Numbered from the stretch's first letter, positions 1-10,459 are shown. The stretch: DNA of 64,000 nucleotides from an uncultured virus (IMG/VR IMGVR_UViG_3300001528_000358) (IMGVR_UViG_3300001528_000358), one strand, 5' to 3'. Translations and numbers: made by a program. The notes: generated from the letters alone by a model not told the origin.

Positions 1-6
1 GATAAA

Positions 7-555
7 ATGAAAACTTATTTTTATGAAAAATATGGTAATAACCATGATGATATTCTTGATACTGCTACAAAATTGATATATAGTGGGTTTAGATATAATA
101 ACGATTGTAAAAATTTAACAAGTGCTTTTGATAAAGTAATAGAAATATCTAAAAAATATGATAAGCTAATCCACTATAGTTCAAACGAAGACACCATGAT
201 TGATGTTTTTATCAGTGGTAATTGCTATACATCTGGTGAAAATTTTATTTCTATTTTTGATTTATATGGTACTATGTATAAAAAAGATCAACCGGATAAT
301 TTATTATACTTTATTAAAAGAACCATTGACGAAAATGTATATTTTTCAGCACAATTTTATATTGATTTTAATAGTAATATATATCATGTGAATGCAATAC
401 CAATTAATGCAGTCATTACGCAAGACACAAAAAATAGATTCAAAGAATTTATACCAGAAGAAAAAATGAAAGAATCTGTAAATATTAATTTTGAAGAGTT
501 TATGAATTATATTGGTTTTCCTCTTTTAAAATTAAAAAATCCAGATTTTAAATAA
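7..555 (+). CDS. hypothetical accessory protein (182 aa)
   Basis: Open ORF ending directly at a hairpin terminator (554-596); no recognised motif; start uncertain at window edge. Confidence 0.6.
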   Translation: MKTYFYEKYGNNHDDILDTATKLIYSGFRYNNDCKNLTSAFDKVIEISKKYDKLIHYSSNEDTMIDVFISGNCYTSGENFISIFDLYGTMYKKDQPDNLLYFIKRTIDENVYFSAQFYIDFNSNIYHVNAIPINAVITQDTKNRFKEFIPEEKMKESVNINFEEFMNYIGFPLLKLKNPDFK

Positions 556-596
556 TACAGAAAGAGTATGCTATTTTGTATACTCTTTCTGTATTT
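554..596 (+). terminator. intrinsic terminator hairpin
   Basis: AATACAGAAAGAGTAT...ATACTCTTTCTGTATTT inverted repeat right after the stop codon. Confidence 0.65.
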
Positions 597-670
597 CTCG
601 TATTTACTTCTTCATACTTTATACATTATTTTTTTGTAACCAGAATAAAATTTATTAGGAGGTATAAAAT

Positions 671-994
671 ATGTTTGGACGACGAAGTAATACAAGCACT
701 ATATCTGCAGTAGAAGAACCAAAATCTACTGATTTTACACCAGCTACTGATATTAAGGAGTATAAAGAATCTAAACTTAATGAAGGTTGGACAAAAGAGG
801 ACACAGTGGCTAAATATGCTTATTTAAATATTTTAGCTGCGCCCAATATTCTTAAGTTCCGTAAACTAAATAAAGATTACAATGACCAGTTCAAATTTTA
901 TTATGAACTGTTAGAAGATGCAGAGTCATTATTCGAGTTTAAGATTTACTGGGAGCACATGATTCGATTTTTAGATAAGCACGATGCTTTATGA
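671..994 (+). CDS. hypothetical protein (107 aa)
   Basis: AGGAGG RBS at ~657-662; TACATTATTT early-like box at 622-631; hairpin plus T-run at ~1016-1043. Confidence 0.75.
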   Translation: MFGRRSNTSTISAVEEPKSTDFTPATDIKEYKESKLNEGWTKEDTVAKYAYLNILAAPNILKFRKLNKDYNDQFKFYYELLEDAESLFEFKIYWEHMIRFLDKHDAL

Positions 995-1135
995 CAAACA
1001 TATATACCAAAGATAAAAGAGGTTCTTACCTCTTATTTTTTTTATAAAAAATTAGTATTATCTTTACAAGAAATTAATTGAGAGAACTTACTATCTCAAG
1101 AATTAAATACAACATACGAAAGGAAGTAAGAAATT

Positions 1136-2284
1136 ATGTTGAATGTAGGAATTATTGGAATCGGAAACACAGGAAATCAGATTGCGGCACTGGGTCAGAA
1201 AGAATTAAAAATCCCAGTATTAGCAATTAATAGTAGTACAAAAGACTTAGAAACCGTTCCAGATGGAGTGCCATCCATTTTATTAAAGAATGGTACAGAA
1301 GCAGCACAGGGTGCAGGTAAAGACAGATCATTAGCGAAAAAGTATTTAAAGAACACAATCGCTGAGATGTTACAGACAACAGAAGTTACAGACTTCATTC
1401 GTTCTTTAGACATCTTATTTATTATTAGTTCTACAGGTGGTGGAACAGGATCCGGTACTGCACCAGTTTTAACAAGTATCGTAAATAATATGTTTTCTAA
1501 AGTGAAAACAATTTTAATTGGTGTGCTTCCAGTAATGAGCGAAGCATTATCTGCTCAGGTAAATACAGTGCAGTATTTAAATGAGTTATATACATCATTA
1601 CCATCACAGACATATATGTTATATGATAATGATAATCTTTCATCCTTACCATCTTACCAGATTATGGAAAAGGTAAATAGTGAGGTAATTAAAGATATTG
1701 ATGTATTACGTTGTAAATATAACTATACAACAAGATACGACAGTATTGATGAAGAAGATATGAAACGTCTTACATCTTTCTCTGGACGTATTGCAGTATC
1801 CAGATTAGAAGATGTAAAAGAGAAAGATTGTGAAGTAAAATCTCTGGAAGAGATGTTGATTGCAAATATTAAATCTAATGCTCATGTAGAATCACAGAGA
1901 GATAATAAAGTAACAGCAACAGGTATTATTACAAACTTATCTGAAACTGTGAGCAGAGATTTTGACAATCATATTCCAAAGGTAAGAGATTTTGTTGGAG
2001 TGCCTATTCACGATTTTAATCATATCTATATTAATGAAGACCGGAAAATGCCAAACAATGTATTTCTTATTCTCTCTGGTTTAACACCAGTAAATGATAA
2101 GATCGTTAAAATCAATGATAGAATTGATGAGATTCAGGAAAAGCAGAAAATCGCAGAAGAAGAAAACGCAATCGCAGCAATGAATGTCGATGGTTTAACA
2201 GAGTCCGTTACAAAAAATGATACGACAAAAGAAAGACAGGGCAATGTTGATATCGATAATCTTTTTGCTCAGTTTGGTGCCTAA
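1136..2284 (+). CDS. tubulin/FtsZ-family GTPase (PhuZ/TubZ-like)
   Basis: N-terminal GIGNTGNQ, GAGKD, tubulin signature GGGTGSG, T7-like SIDEED; GAAAGGAAG RBS. Confidence 0.9.
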   Translation: MLNVGIIGIGNTGNQIAALGQKELKIPVLAINSSTKDLETVPDGVPSILLKNGTEAAQGAGKDRSLAKKYLKNTIAEMLQTTEVTDFIRSLDILFIISSTGGGTGSGTAPVLTSIVNNMFSKVKTILIGVLPVMSEALSAQVNTVQYLNELYTSLPSQTYMLYDNDNLSSLPSYQIMEKVNSEVIKDIDVLRCKYNYTTRYDSIDEEDMKRLTSFSGRIAVSRLEDVKEKDCEVKSLEEMLIANIKSNAHVESQRDNKVTATGIITNLSETVSRDFDNHIPKVRDFVGVPIHDFNHIYINEDRKMPNNVFLILSGLTPVNDKIVKINDRIDEIQEKQKIAEEENAIAAMNVDGLTESVTKNDTTKERQGNVDIDNLFAQFGA

Positions 2285-2397
2285 TTTCCAATAGTGCGGG
2301 TGAAATGATATATTATTTTTGCGATGAAGTGATAATAATTTATCATTTCATCCACATTAACATTAATAGGTCATGCAAATCTGAAAGGAGAAAGAAA

Positions 2398-3378
2398 ATG
2401 GCAAAAGACGAGAGAAAAAAACGCAACAAAGAGCTTCAGGAATATCGTGAAGCTATCACAAATTTCGGTAAACATACCGAAGAAAAGTTTGTAAAGAAAA
2501 ATAAGAAGTATTATGGTAAGAAAGAAGCCAGACAGATGTTCTTATCTGATTTGGAATATGAATTACCAGGTACGATCATGTTCCTGCTGATGCAGGGATA
2601 TGTAAATAAACCAGACATTAAAGAGTTAAAAGATAAAGCGATGAAGAACTTAGCTTCTTCTAGTTTTATCGCGTATTTAACAGAAGAAATTAAGGAAGGT
2701 GCCGATATTGAGAATATCGAATATCTTCCAATTATTATTAAAGAGATGCTTGAGCAACTGAATCGAGAGATTCAGAAATTAAAAGCAGCTAATCCAGATG
2801 CTGTCATCAATTATGATGGTTCTGATCTGGTTCTTCTTAGCAGAACCATTCTGAAAAAGAAGATGAAAAAGATGAAGAAAAAAGGAATCGATGAACGTCT
2901 TGCATTTGACGTATTATCTATCATCCCTAATAAAAAGGTGATGGATTTATACGGCTCAAGCAGAAATTATAGATTAAAATCTTTAATGTTCTGCATGTAT
3001 GCACACGCTAAAACAAAAGAGATTCCTTTCCAGAAAATCATCGATATTATTCTTGGAGAAGAATATTATCCGGCAATTATTTCTTTCTCATTGTTAGAAA
3101 GAAAAGAAAAGTTTGGAAATCTGGATGAAAATCAGAAGAAATTCTACATCCAGTTGACTCAGTGGTGTTTCGACACTTTAGAGAAAGAACTTTCCAAAGG
3201 GGAAATCCGTAATGTATTAACTGCGTATGTTAATCAGCGTAGAAGAGATGAATTAAACGGACGAGACGGTAATCGTAGATATGTGTTATCTACATTATCA
3301 GAAACAGATTATCCGAAAATTAAAAAAATCATCAATGAGATGATTGTTACGGATGAATCTGTTAGAAAATATCTTTAA
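2398..3378 (+). CDS. hypothetical helical, Lys-rich protein downstream of tubulin
   Basis: GAAAGGAG RBS before ATG 2398 (MAKDERKK), so shorter than the ORF track; TATATTATTT at 2309-2318; hairpin 3389-3417. Confidence 0.75.
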   Translation: MAKDERKKRNKELQEYREAITNFGKHTEEKFVKKNKKYYGKKEARQMFLSDLEYELPGTIMFLLMQGYVNKPDIKELKDKAMKNLASSSFIAYLTEEIKEGADIENIEYLPIIIKEMLEQLNREIQKLKAANPDAVINYDGSDLVLLSRTILKKKMKKMKKKGIDERLAFDVLSIIPNKKVMDLYGSSRNYRLKSLMFCMYAHAKTKEIPFQKIIDIILGEEYYPAIISFSLLERKEKFGNLDENQKKFYIQLTQWCFDTLEKELSKGEIRNVLTAYVNQRRRDELNGRDGNRRYVLSTLSETDYPKIKKIINEMIVTDESVRKYL

Positions 3379-3446
3379 GATATAAAGGTTCCCCTAGGAA
3401 ATAATCCTAGGGGGATTGAAATATAAAATAAAAAGGAGTTACAAAA

Positions 3447-4322
3447 ATGATTTATAGCATTAATTTAGGACAGAAAGAAAACGAAAAAATATTATGGGAG
3501 CCAGTTTTTAACCAGTTTGGTTCATTCATCGAAAGAGAGGATATTAATCAGATGATTAAAATTCCTCATTTAGATGATAGAGATACATTCAATCTAACAG
3601 AACTTGGTAATGGTCAAATTCTTCCTGTAAATTCTAAATGGGTTAATAATGGAAAGAATATGAGCCCAGCTCTTATCAATATTCGTAAAGATGAACTCGG
3701 TAAAATTGATGAGTCTGTAATGTATATTACAATGAATGAAAACAGTTTAAAACTGTTAAAATTTAAGGCTCATCAGGATGTGTTAAATACATACCATGGC
3801 TCTGACTATGTGGGATGTGCTGTAGTTGTAAATAACAATAAACTTGACCCTAATGAACCTATTATGGAGATTTGGGCTAAAGACGTAAAATCAAAACGCT
3901 ACAAATACATTACGATTTTCTTAAATGATAAAGAAAATCAGTCAGCATATGTTGAAGTAGATGCCACAGGTAAAGAGGTTCGAGAATTAAAGAAACTCGA
4001 TACCGGCAAGAGAAGAAGATTCGAGATTGTTTCTAATAAATTGCTTACCTCAGTATTCTTTGTAAATAATGAGAGAGATGAGAAGAAAATTAAAGAACTT
4101 ACAAAGAATATGAAATATATTCAGATTTATAACATCGCTGGTGATAGTGAAGAAAAATTAGAAACAAGATGTAAGAACGTACTTCTTGCAAATAAAGTAA
4201 AAGCATTTACTTTAGTAAATGACGCAAGTATTCCATTTGAGATTTGGAATAAATGTCGTATCTTATTTGTTATGAAGTACTCAACAGATAAGAAAGAACA
4301 AACTTGTTTAAAATCTAACTAA
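3447..4322 (+). CDS. hypothetical protein (291 aa)
   Basis: AAGGAG RBS; long ORF; no recognised motif. Confidence 0.75.
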   Translation: MIYSINLGQKENEKILWEPVFNQFGSFIEREDINQMIKIPHLDDRDTFNLTELGNGQILPVNSKWVNNGKNMSPALINIRKDELGKIDESVMYITMNENSLKLLKFKAHQDVLNTYHGSDYVGCAVVVNNNKLDPNEPIMEIWAKDVKSKRYKYITIFLNDKENQSAYVEVDATGKEVRELKKLDTGKRRRFEIVSNKLLTSVFFVNNERDEKKIKELTKNMKYIQIYNIAGDSEEKLETRCKNVLLANKVKAFTLVNDASIPFEIWNKCRILFVMKYSTDKKEQTCLKSN

Positions 4323-4395
4323 AATCTATTTTTTGTGTTAGGTTATATAATATTTACATGTCATAAGATAAAAATATAAAAAGGAGGATACTATT

Positions 4396-4893
4396 ATGGC
4401 AAAAAGTGTATTTAGAACAGGCGGAAAAGGAAGCAGAAACAGAATTATCGCTGAACAAACTAGAGCCGTTAAGAAAAACGGCAAGCTGAAAGGCAAGAAT
4501 AAAAAAGAAACAAAAATCATGAAGATGAGATGCATGCACCACGTATATGATAAGAAAGACCGTTTAAAACCTACGGTCAAACCTTATAAGGGACACCTGA
4601 TTTGTACAATGTGTAAGTCTGATATCGTTACTGAATTTTACAGCAAAGCTTACGTAAAGAAAGCTGTTGCTCCAGTAATGGACATCGTACAGCAGGCAAA
4701 ATATCTCGCTGTCGCATGCAATACCTCAAATGAGACAATTACTTTTATATCTGATCTTTCTGTTCAGCTTGGTCTGTTACCAAAGACATATGACAGATTA
4801 GCAGATCTTGGATCTACTCAGGGTAAATCCAAGAAAAAGAAAAAAGATAAAGAGGAATGGGCAGGGTCTCGTTCTTACGGTGACTGGAATTAA
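4396..4893 (+). CDS. basic protein with putative Zn-binding motif
   Basis: AAGGAGG RBS; CMHH...CTMC; Lys-rich termini; terminator 4939-4977. Confidence 0.65.
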   Translation: MAKSVFRTGGKGSRNRIIAEQTRAVKKNGKLKGKNKKETKIMKMRCMHHVYDKKDRLKPTVKPYKGHLICTMCKSDIVTEFYSKAYVKKAVAPVMDIVQQAKYLAVACNTSNETITFISDLSVQLGLLPKTYDRLADLGSTQGKSKKKKKDKEEWAGSRSYGDWN

Positions 4894-4972
4894 TTAGTCA
4901 CAACTGTAACCCGTAAATTAATCTGTTATACTTCCTGAAGAGTAGGTATCATTATTGATACCTACTCTATTT

Positions 4973-5029
4973 TTTTATTATAATCTATATGAGTAACCCC
5001 TATACTTACTCATATAGATTATAATAAAA
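4973..5029. repeat. 24-bp perfect inverted repeat with 9-nt C-rich loop
   Basis: TTTTATTATAATCTATATGAGTAA-CCCCTATAC-TTACTCATATAGATTATAATAAAA between a terminator and the gyrB promoter region. Confidence 0.85.
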
Positions 5030-5098
5030 TATAAAACATAAAGATAAGCGTAAAAAGCTTATTAAAAACATAATAAAAACTGGAAGGAGAAAACTAAA

Positions 5099-7603
5099 AT
5101 GGCAAAAGATGCTAAAATGTTTTATATCGAAGATGATATAAAAAAGATACAAACGAAAACAAATTTGTATATTCAGAAGTATGGTCCAGAGGGAGCATTT
5201 CATCTTGCTAGAGAGATCATACAGAATAACATAGATGAAGTGATTGACCCAGATAGTAATGGGTCTAATATATATATTTCATATGACAAAGCAACGGATA
5301 AACTTACTTGCGAAGATGATGGAAGAGGTTTTCCGGAGAACGATTATCCTTTGGATATCTTTTGTACGAAGAATCAATCTGGTTCTAAATTCTTCCGTGA
5401 CCAAGGTGCAGATAGTGCCGGTGAATTTGGTGTAGGTTTAACAGTTGTTAATGCATTAAGTGATTACTTCTCTATTACTTCTTATAGAGAAAAAGAGAAG
5501 TATAAACATCAGATTGAATTTAAAGAAGGAGAAAAACAGTCTGATGAAAAAACCAGTATTAATAAAAAAGAAAAACTGAAACATGGTTCCAGAATCAGTT
5601 TCATTCCTAGTCCTAAATATTTAGGTAAAAATACTGTGATCCCTTATAAAGATATGGTTGAATGGATAGAGAAAATGACTTATTTCATTCGTGGAAAGAA
5701 AGTAAAGATTACAGTAGATATTTTTGATGGAATGAAACTAGAGGAGAGCTATACATTTAAACCAAAGAACTTTGATGATTTATTGGATAAGATTTGTACC
5801 GATAAAGAGTATTCACAGAAATGCAATTTCAGTGGAGACAGTTCTTTGATTGAAACTGTGAGGAAGTTTAGTGTAAGTGAAAAGACTGGTAAAGTAAATG
5901 CAAAAGAAGTAGAAATGAAAAAACGTATTCATTTGGATGTTGCATTACGATATACTAGAGAAGATTTAACTTACTATGATTCATACTGTAACTATACCAA
6001 TACAATTGATGGTGGTGTTCACCAGTCAACAGTAGAAAGATGTTTCTGTAATTATATGCAGAATAAAACTAAAGCAAGTATGACAGAAAACCAAAGAGAA
6101 AAGACTCCTATTTTATGGGATGATGTTCGTAGTGGTTTATGTTGTGTTATCAATTTAACAACAAATGCTCAGGTAGGATTTGTTGGAAATGCAAAAACAA
6201 AGATTGGTAATGAGGCATTAGTACCATACTTGACAGAAATTATTAATACAGAATTGGATAAATTCTTTGAGAATAATCCGAATGTATTAAATGAATATAT
6301 CAAGATCATTCGTTTAAATGCGAAAGCACGTATTGAAGCGAATAAAGTAAAAGTAGCAACACAAAAAGAAAAAATGAATAGCTTTAAAGAACATGAAATG
6401 AAGAATCTTATCATGTGTACCAATAGAGGTAAACAGTGGAAAGAAATTTTCATCACAGAAGGAGATTCTGCAGCAGGTTCTGCCCGTAATGGTTCTGATA
6501 CTAATACACAGGCATTCTTCTTACTTCGTGGTGTTGTAGCTAATGCTTTTAAGAAAACTCTTGCAGAGTTAATGGATCCAAAAACTGGTAACAGAGAATG
6601 GAGAGATTTAGTAACAGTATTGCGATGTGGTATTGGAAAGAACTTCGATATCAACAAGCTTTACTTTAATCGTATTAACATCTTTACAGACCAAGATGTT
6701 GATGGGTTTGCCATCTCTAGTGGTATTTTAGCTTTCTTTTATAAATACCTGCCAGAGATTATTGAGCAGGGTTATCTTTATAAAGTATATACACCACTCT
6801 ATTATCTTAATGATAAATCCATGCCGTTTGTAAGAAACAAACACGAGTTAATTGAGAAATATCATAAGAAGATTGGGAAGATTTATAAAGTAACCACCGA
6901 AGGTAGTAACAAATCAATGTCAAAAAGTGATTTTAAAGATTTCTTAAATGACACATTTGATTACAGAACTAATCTTGCTTTACATGCAGAAAACATTGGT
7001 CGAGTTAACAAATTCTTGTTAGAAGCAATCCTTGCTTATATGACAATCGGTGGAGTAATTTCTTCTGATAAAGAAATTACAAATGAATACTTGGATGAAG
7101 TATTTAATGACCAGACATTCATTAAATTCTTACTTTCAAGATTACAAACACGTTTTGCAGAAGTAAGTATCAAGCCGGGAACAAGAATCATCAAAGGAAT
7201 CGTGGATGGTTCCAGAAGCTCTATCAAAATTAATGAACGATTGATTCGTAGAGTAAAGAAAGATCTTATTCCTGTATATGAAAAATATGGGTATATATTA
7301 TCTGTAGAGGAAAATGGCAAAGAGCCAGTCAAAGTCTCTATTGGAGAATATCTGGATTCTGCTCATAAGTATTTCCCTAAAATCGAAACACGATATAAGG
7401 GACTCGGAGAAATTGATGGACAAGATTTATATGCAACCGCATTAAATATCAATACAAGAAGTTCTGTTCAGTATACTATGGAAGATGTAGAAAGAGAATT
7501 AAAAATCTTTAATAAAGTCCATGGTCAGAGTAAATCAGACTTGGAACTTCGTAAAAATATGATGGCAGAATATCAAATCCGTAGAGATGATTTAGATAAC
7601 TAA
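5099..7603 (+). CDS. gyrB: type IIA topoisomerase, GyrB/ParE-like subunit
   Basis: GHKL motifs EIIQNNIDE, DDGRGFP, GEFGVGLTVVNALS; TOPRIM TEGDSA, DQDVDG; RYKGLGE. Confidence 0.93.
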   Translation: MAKDAKMFYIEDDIKKIQTKTNLYIQKYGPEGAFHLAREIIQNNIDEVIDPDSNGSNIYISYDKATDKLTCEDDGRGFPENDYPLDIFCTKNQSGSKFFRDQGADSAGEFGVGLTVVNALSDYFSITSYREKEKYKHQIEFKEGEKQSDEKTSINKKEKLKHGSRISFIPSPKYLGKNTVIPYKDMVEWIEKMTYFIRGKKVKITVDIFDGMKLEESYTFKPKNFDDLLDKICTDKEYSQKCNFSGDSSLIETVRKFSVSEKTGKVNAKEVEMKKRIHLDVALRYTREDLTYYDSYCNYTNTIDGGVHQSTVERCFCNYMQNKTKASMTENQREKTPILWDDVRSGLCCVINLTTNAQVGFVGNAKTKIGNEALVPYLTEIINTELDKFFENNPNVLNEYIKIIRLNAKARIEANKVKVATQKEKMNSFKEHEMKNLIMCTNRGKQWKEIFITEGDSAAGSARNGSDTNTQAFFLLRGVVANAFKKTLAELMDPKTGNREWRDLVTVLRCGIGKNFDINKLYFNRINIFTDQDVDGFAISSGILAFFYKYLPEIIEQGYLYKVYTPLYYLNDKSMPFVRNKHELIEKYHKKIGKIYKVTTEGSNKSMSKSDFKDFLNDTFDYRTNLALHAENIGRVNKFLLEAILAYMTIGGVISSDKEITNEYLDEVFNDQTFIKFLLSRLQTRFAEVSIKPGTRIIKGIVDGSRSSIKINERLIRRVKKDLIPVYEKYGYILSVEENGKEPVKVSIGEYLDSAHKYFPKIETRYKGLGEIDGQDLYATALNINTRSSVQYTMEDVERELKIFNKVHGQSKSDLELRKNMMAEYQIRRDDLDN

Positions 7604-7614
7604 GGAGGAAGAAA

Positions 7615-10086
7615 ATGGCAAAGAAAAGAAAAAGTGCTTTTCCATCTGATGACTTTACTGTCATCGATGGAAAGGAAGTATTCGGAAAAGAAACAATAGA
7701 ACATCAGAATGCTGCGGAAGCATCTGAAGAATATTCAAAATTATTTGGTGCTAATAAAAACGTGTATCGTATTGCACCAAGTTTACAGGATGGTTTAAAA
7801 CCAGGAAAAAGAAGATTATACTGGTCTTGGTGGGAAAGAGATGGTAAACCAAAGAATACAAAACCAGATACATTAAGAAAAATGAAGTTTCACAAAGTAG
7901 AAACAATTGCATCTAATGCAATGATTTATCATCCTCATGGCTCAACTGCCAATAGTGAATTGATTGGTAGAGAAGGTCAGTATTGGAATAATAATGTTAT
8001 GACAGTTATTCCGAGAGGAAGCTATGGAAACTTGGAATCGTCAGACCCAGCCGCTGGTCGTTATATTGAAGCGAAGATTTCAGAATATATGATTGACTGC
8101 TTCTTTGATGACTTTGATAAATACTGTGTACCAATGAAAGCAAGTTATGATGGAGAAAGAATGGAACCAGAATTTCTTCCTGCGAAATATCCTCATATCT
8201 TATTTAATCCACAGATATCAGGTATTGGATATGGACTAGCTTCTAATATCCCTCCTTTCAATGTAAAGGAAGTATTAAACGCTACGATTAAATTAATTGA
8301 AAATCCAAAAGCTAAAATTTTATTAGTACCAGATTCACCAACAGGTGCAGATATTTTAGATGAAGGATTATTCAATGAAATGAATAAAACTGGTATTAGT
8401 AAATTTACACTTCGTGCATCCTATAGCATTGACTACCAGGAGAATACTATTCGTTTTACATCTGTACCATTACAGACAAAAACAAAAACGATTATTCAAA
8501 AAATCATTGGTCTTAGAAAGAGTCATATCTTAGAAGAGATTACTGATATTGAAGATAGTACAAAAGAGGGTGAAGTAGATTTACTTATCAGATTAAAATC
8601 TGATACTAATCCAGATAAAGTATTAGAGACTTTATTTAAAAAGAATACGAATCTGAAAATGACATATCCGGTAGGAATTACAGTCATTGATGATTATAAA
8701 CCATATTCTTATGGTATTAAAGATTTACTCTTAGAGTGGATTGAATATCGTAGAGATGTGGTAAGAAGTATGTTCATGTACTCTTTACAAATTCTTGAAG
8801 AAAAAAGACACATGAATAAGGTACTTGTCATGGTCTTCAATAAAGATAATATTGAAAAGACTGTGGCGATTGCCAAAAAGTCAAAGAGTCGTAAAGACAC
8901 AATTGAGAAACTGATGAAAGAATATAGTATTTCTTCTTTACAGGCATCTACTATCGCAGACATGCATGTTTATAACTTTAATAATGAATATTATGAAAAG
9001 TATAAACAAGAGGGAAAAGAAATTGCCGAAGAATTAGAGCATATCAATAAAGTCCTTGATGACGAGGATGAAATTGATAAGTTCATTATCGAGCAATTAA
9101 AAGAAGGCATTAAAAAATATGGCAGACCACGAAAGAGTAAAATCGTAAAAGAAGGTAATGATGAAAATGCGAAGTTACCAAAGAAGAATTATATCATCGG
9201 TATTACTGAAAGTGGGATTATTAAGAAACTTTCATTAAAGAAATATCGTTCTATCGGTATTGTTGGAAAAGGTAATGAAAAACTATCAGTATTACAGGTT
9301 AGTAGTCATGATGATTTGTTAGTATTTGACTCAACGGGTGTTGTAAGTAAAGTAGCAATTACTGCAATCCCAGAAATGGAATATGATGATAACGGAATTG
9401 AGATTGCAAGATATTTCCCAGTTCACGATAGAATCATCTCTATCTTAAAAGTAAATGACAAATCAATGTCTTCAAAGAAAGACAATGAAATGACTATCGT
9501 GTTAATTACAAAACAGGGATTTGCAAAGAGAGTCTTATTATCTGAATTTGAAAAAATCAGTGATTATAAAATGGCTATCAAATTAAATGATAATGATGAA
9601 CTTGTTTCTACAGATTATGCTTTAGCAAATAGTAAGAATGATATTATCATTTGTACTAATGTAGGCAATGGTGTGCGAATTAAGCTGAATGAAATTAAAC
9701 TCTTAGGTAAAAATGCCAAAGGTTTAACACAGATTGATTTAAAACCAGATGAATATGTAGTAAGTGCATCACGTATTAAACCAAAGGAAAAGTATTTGCT
9801 TTATGTAACAACTTCAGGAAAATTAAAATTGACAGAATTGAAATATTTTCCTCCAATGAAACGGAAAGAAGAATCATTATCATTAATTTCTCTTGGTGCA
9901 AAAGAAGAATTAGTAGGAATTTCTACAGTAAATAAGAATGATATTATTATGGTTTACCGCAAAAATAGCGAGCCAGTTACTATCAATGTAGAAAATATCC
10001 CTGTTTCTACACGAGTAGCAAAGGGAGAAAAAATGGTAAAAACACCGAAAGGAGATAAAGTAATTGGATATAAAATCTTTCAGTAA
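7615..10086 (+). CDS. gyrA: type IIA topoisomerase, GyrA/ParC-like subunit with C-terminal beta-pinwheel
   Basis: DGLKP, YHPHG, catalytic PAAGRY, GIGYGLASNIPPFN; repeated xTxxG blades in the C-terminal domain. Confidence 0.93.
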   Translation: MAKKRKSAFPSDDFTVIDGKEVFGKETIEHQNAAEASEEYSKLFGANKNVYRIAPSLQDGLKPGKRRLYWSWWERDGKPKNTKPDTLRKMKFHKVETIASNAMIYHPHGSTANSELIGREGQYWNNNVMTVIPRGSYGNLESSDPAAGRYIEAKISEYMIDCFFDDFDKYCVPMKASYDGERMEPEFLPAKYPHILFNPQISGIGYGLASNIPPFNVKEVLNATIKLIENPKAKILLVPDSPTGADILDEGLFNEMNKTGISKFTLRASYSIDYQENTIRFTSVPLQTKTKTIIQKIIGLRKSHILEEITDIEDSTKEGEVDLLIRLKSDTNPDKVLETLFKKNTNLKMTYPVGITVIDDYKPYSYGIKDLLLEWIEYRRDVVRSMFMYSLQILEEKRHMNKVLVMVFNKDNIEKTVAIAKKSKSRKDTIEKLMKEYSISSLQASTIADMHVYNFNNEYYEKYKQEGKEIAEELEHINKVLDDEDEIDKFIIEQLKEGIKKYGRPRKSKIVKEGNDENAKLPKKNYIIGITESGIIKKLSLKKYRSIGIVGKGNEKLSVLQVSSHDDLLVFDSTGVVSKVAITAIPEMEYDDNGIEIARYFPVHDRIISILKVNDKSMSSKKDNEMTIVLITKQGFAKRVLLSEFEKISDYKMAIKLNDNDELVSTDYALANSKNDIIICTNVGNGVRIKLNEIKLLGKNAKGLTQIDLKPDEYVVSASRIKPKEKYLLYVTTSGKLKLTELKYFPPMKRKEESLSLISLGAKEELVGISTVNKNDIIMVYRKNSEPVTINVENIPVSTRVAKGEKMVKTPKGDKVIGYKIFQ

Positions 10087-10447
10087 AATCAAAATTGACA
10101 AAGCTTTCATCGCAAGATATAAATTTATTAAAGAATACAAATCTGTCAACCATATTCGGTTGACAGAGAATACAAATGGTTATGCATTCTTTGATAAAGA
10201 TAATTTAGTAGCTATTATTAATTGTGAAAAGAAAGATGATGAGATTTGGATACAAGCCTTAGAAATATTTAAACCTTACAAACGAAAAGGATTGAGTTAT
10301 GGTTTGTTAGATTTTGCTACAGATAAATTAGGAGCAGAATATCTTTCTGTTCGTAAAACAAATACGATAGCAATTCATGTTTACAAAGAAAAAGGTTTCA
10401 AAACATTTAATGAAACTGATAAAATGTATTTTATGAAAAAACAATGA
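10064..10447 (+). CDS. GNAT-family acetyltransferase
   Basis: LEIFKPYKRKGLSYGLL (motif A), NTIAIHVYKEKGF (motif B); TTG start with AGGAG upstream, overlapping the gyrA end. Confidence 0.82.
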   Translation: MDIKSFSKIKIDKAFIARYKFIKEYKSVNHIRLTENTNGYAFFDKDNLVAIINCEKKDDEIWIQALEIFKPYKRKGLSYGLLDFATDKLGAEYLSVRKTNTIAIHVYKEKGFKTFNETDKMYFMKKQ

Positions 10448-10459
10448 ATTTAATAATTG

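Noticed and set aside
1136..10086. Bacterial chromosome origin (ftsZ, gyrB, gyrA)
   Set aside because: The proteins are highly divergent, lack dcw or dnaA-recF context, and sit among phage tail genes with phage-type promoter motifs.
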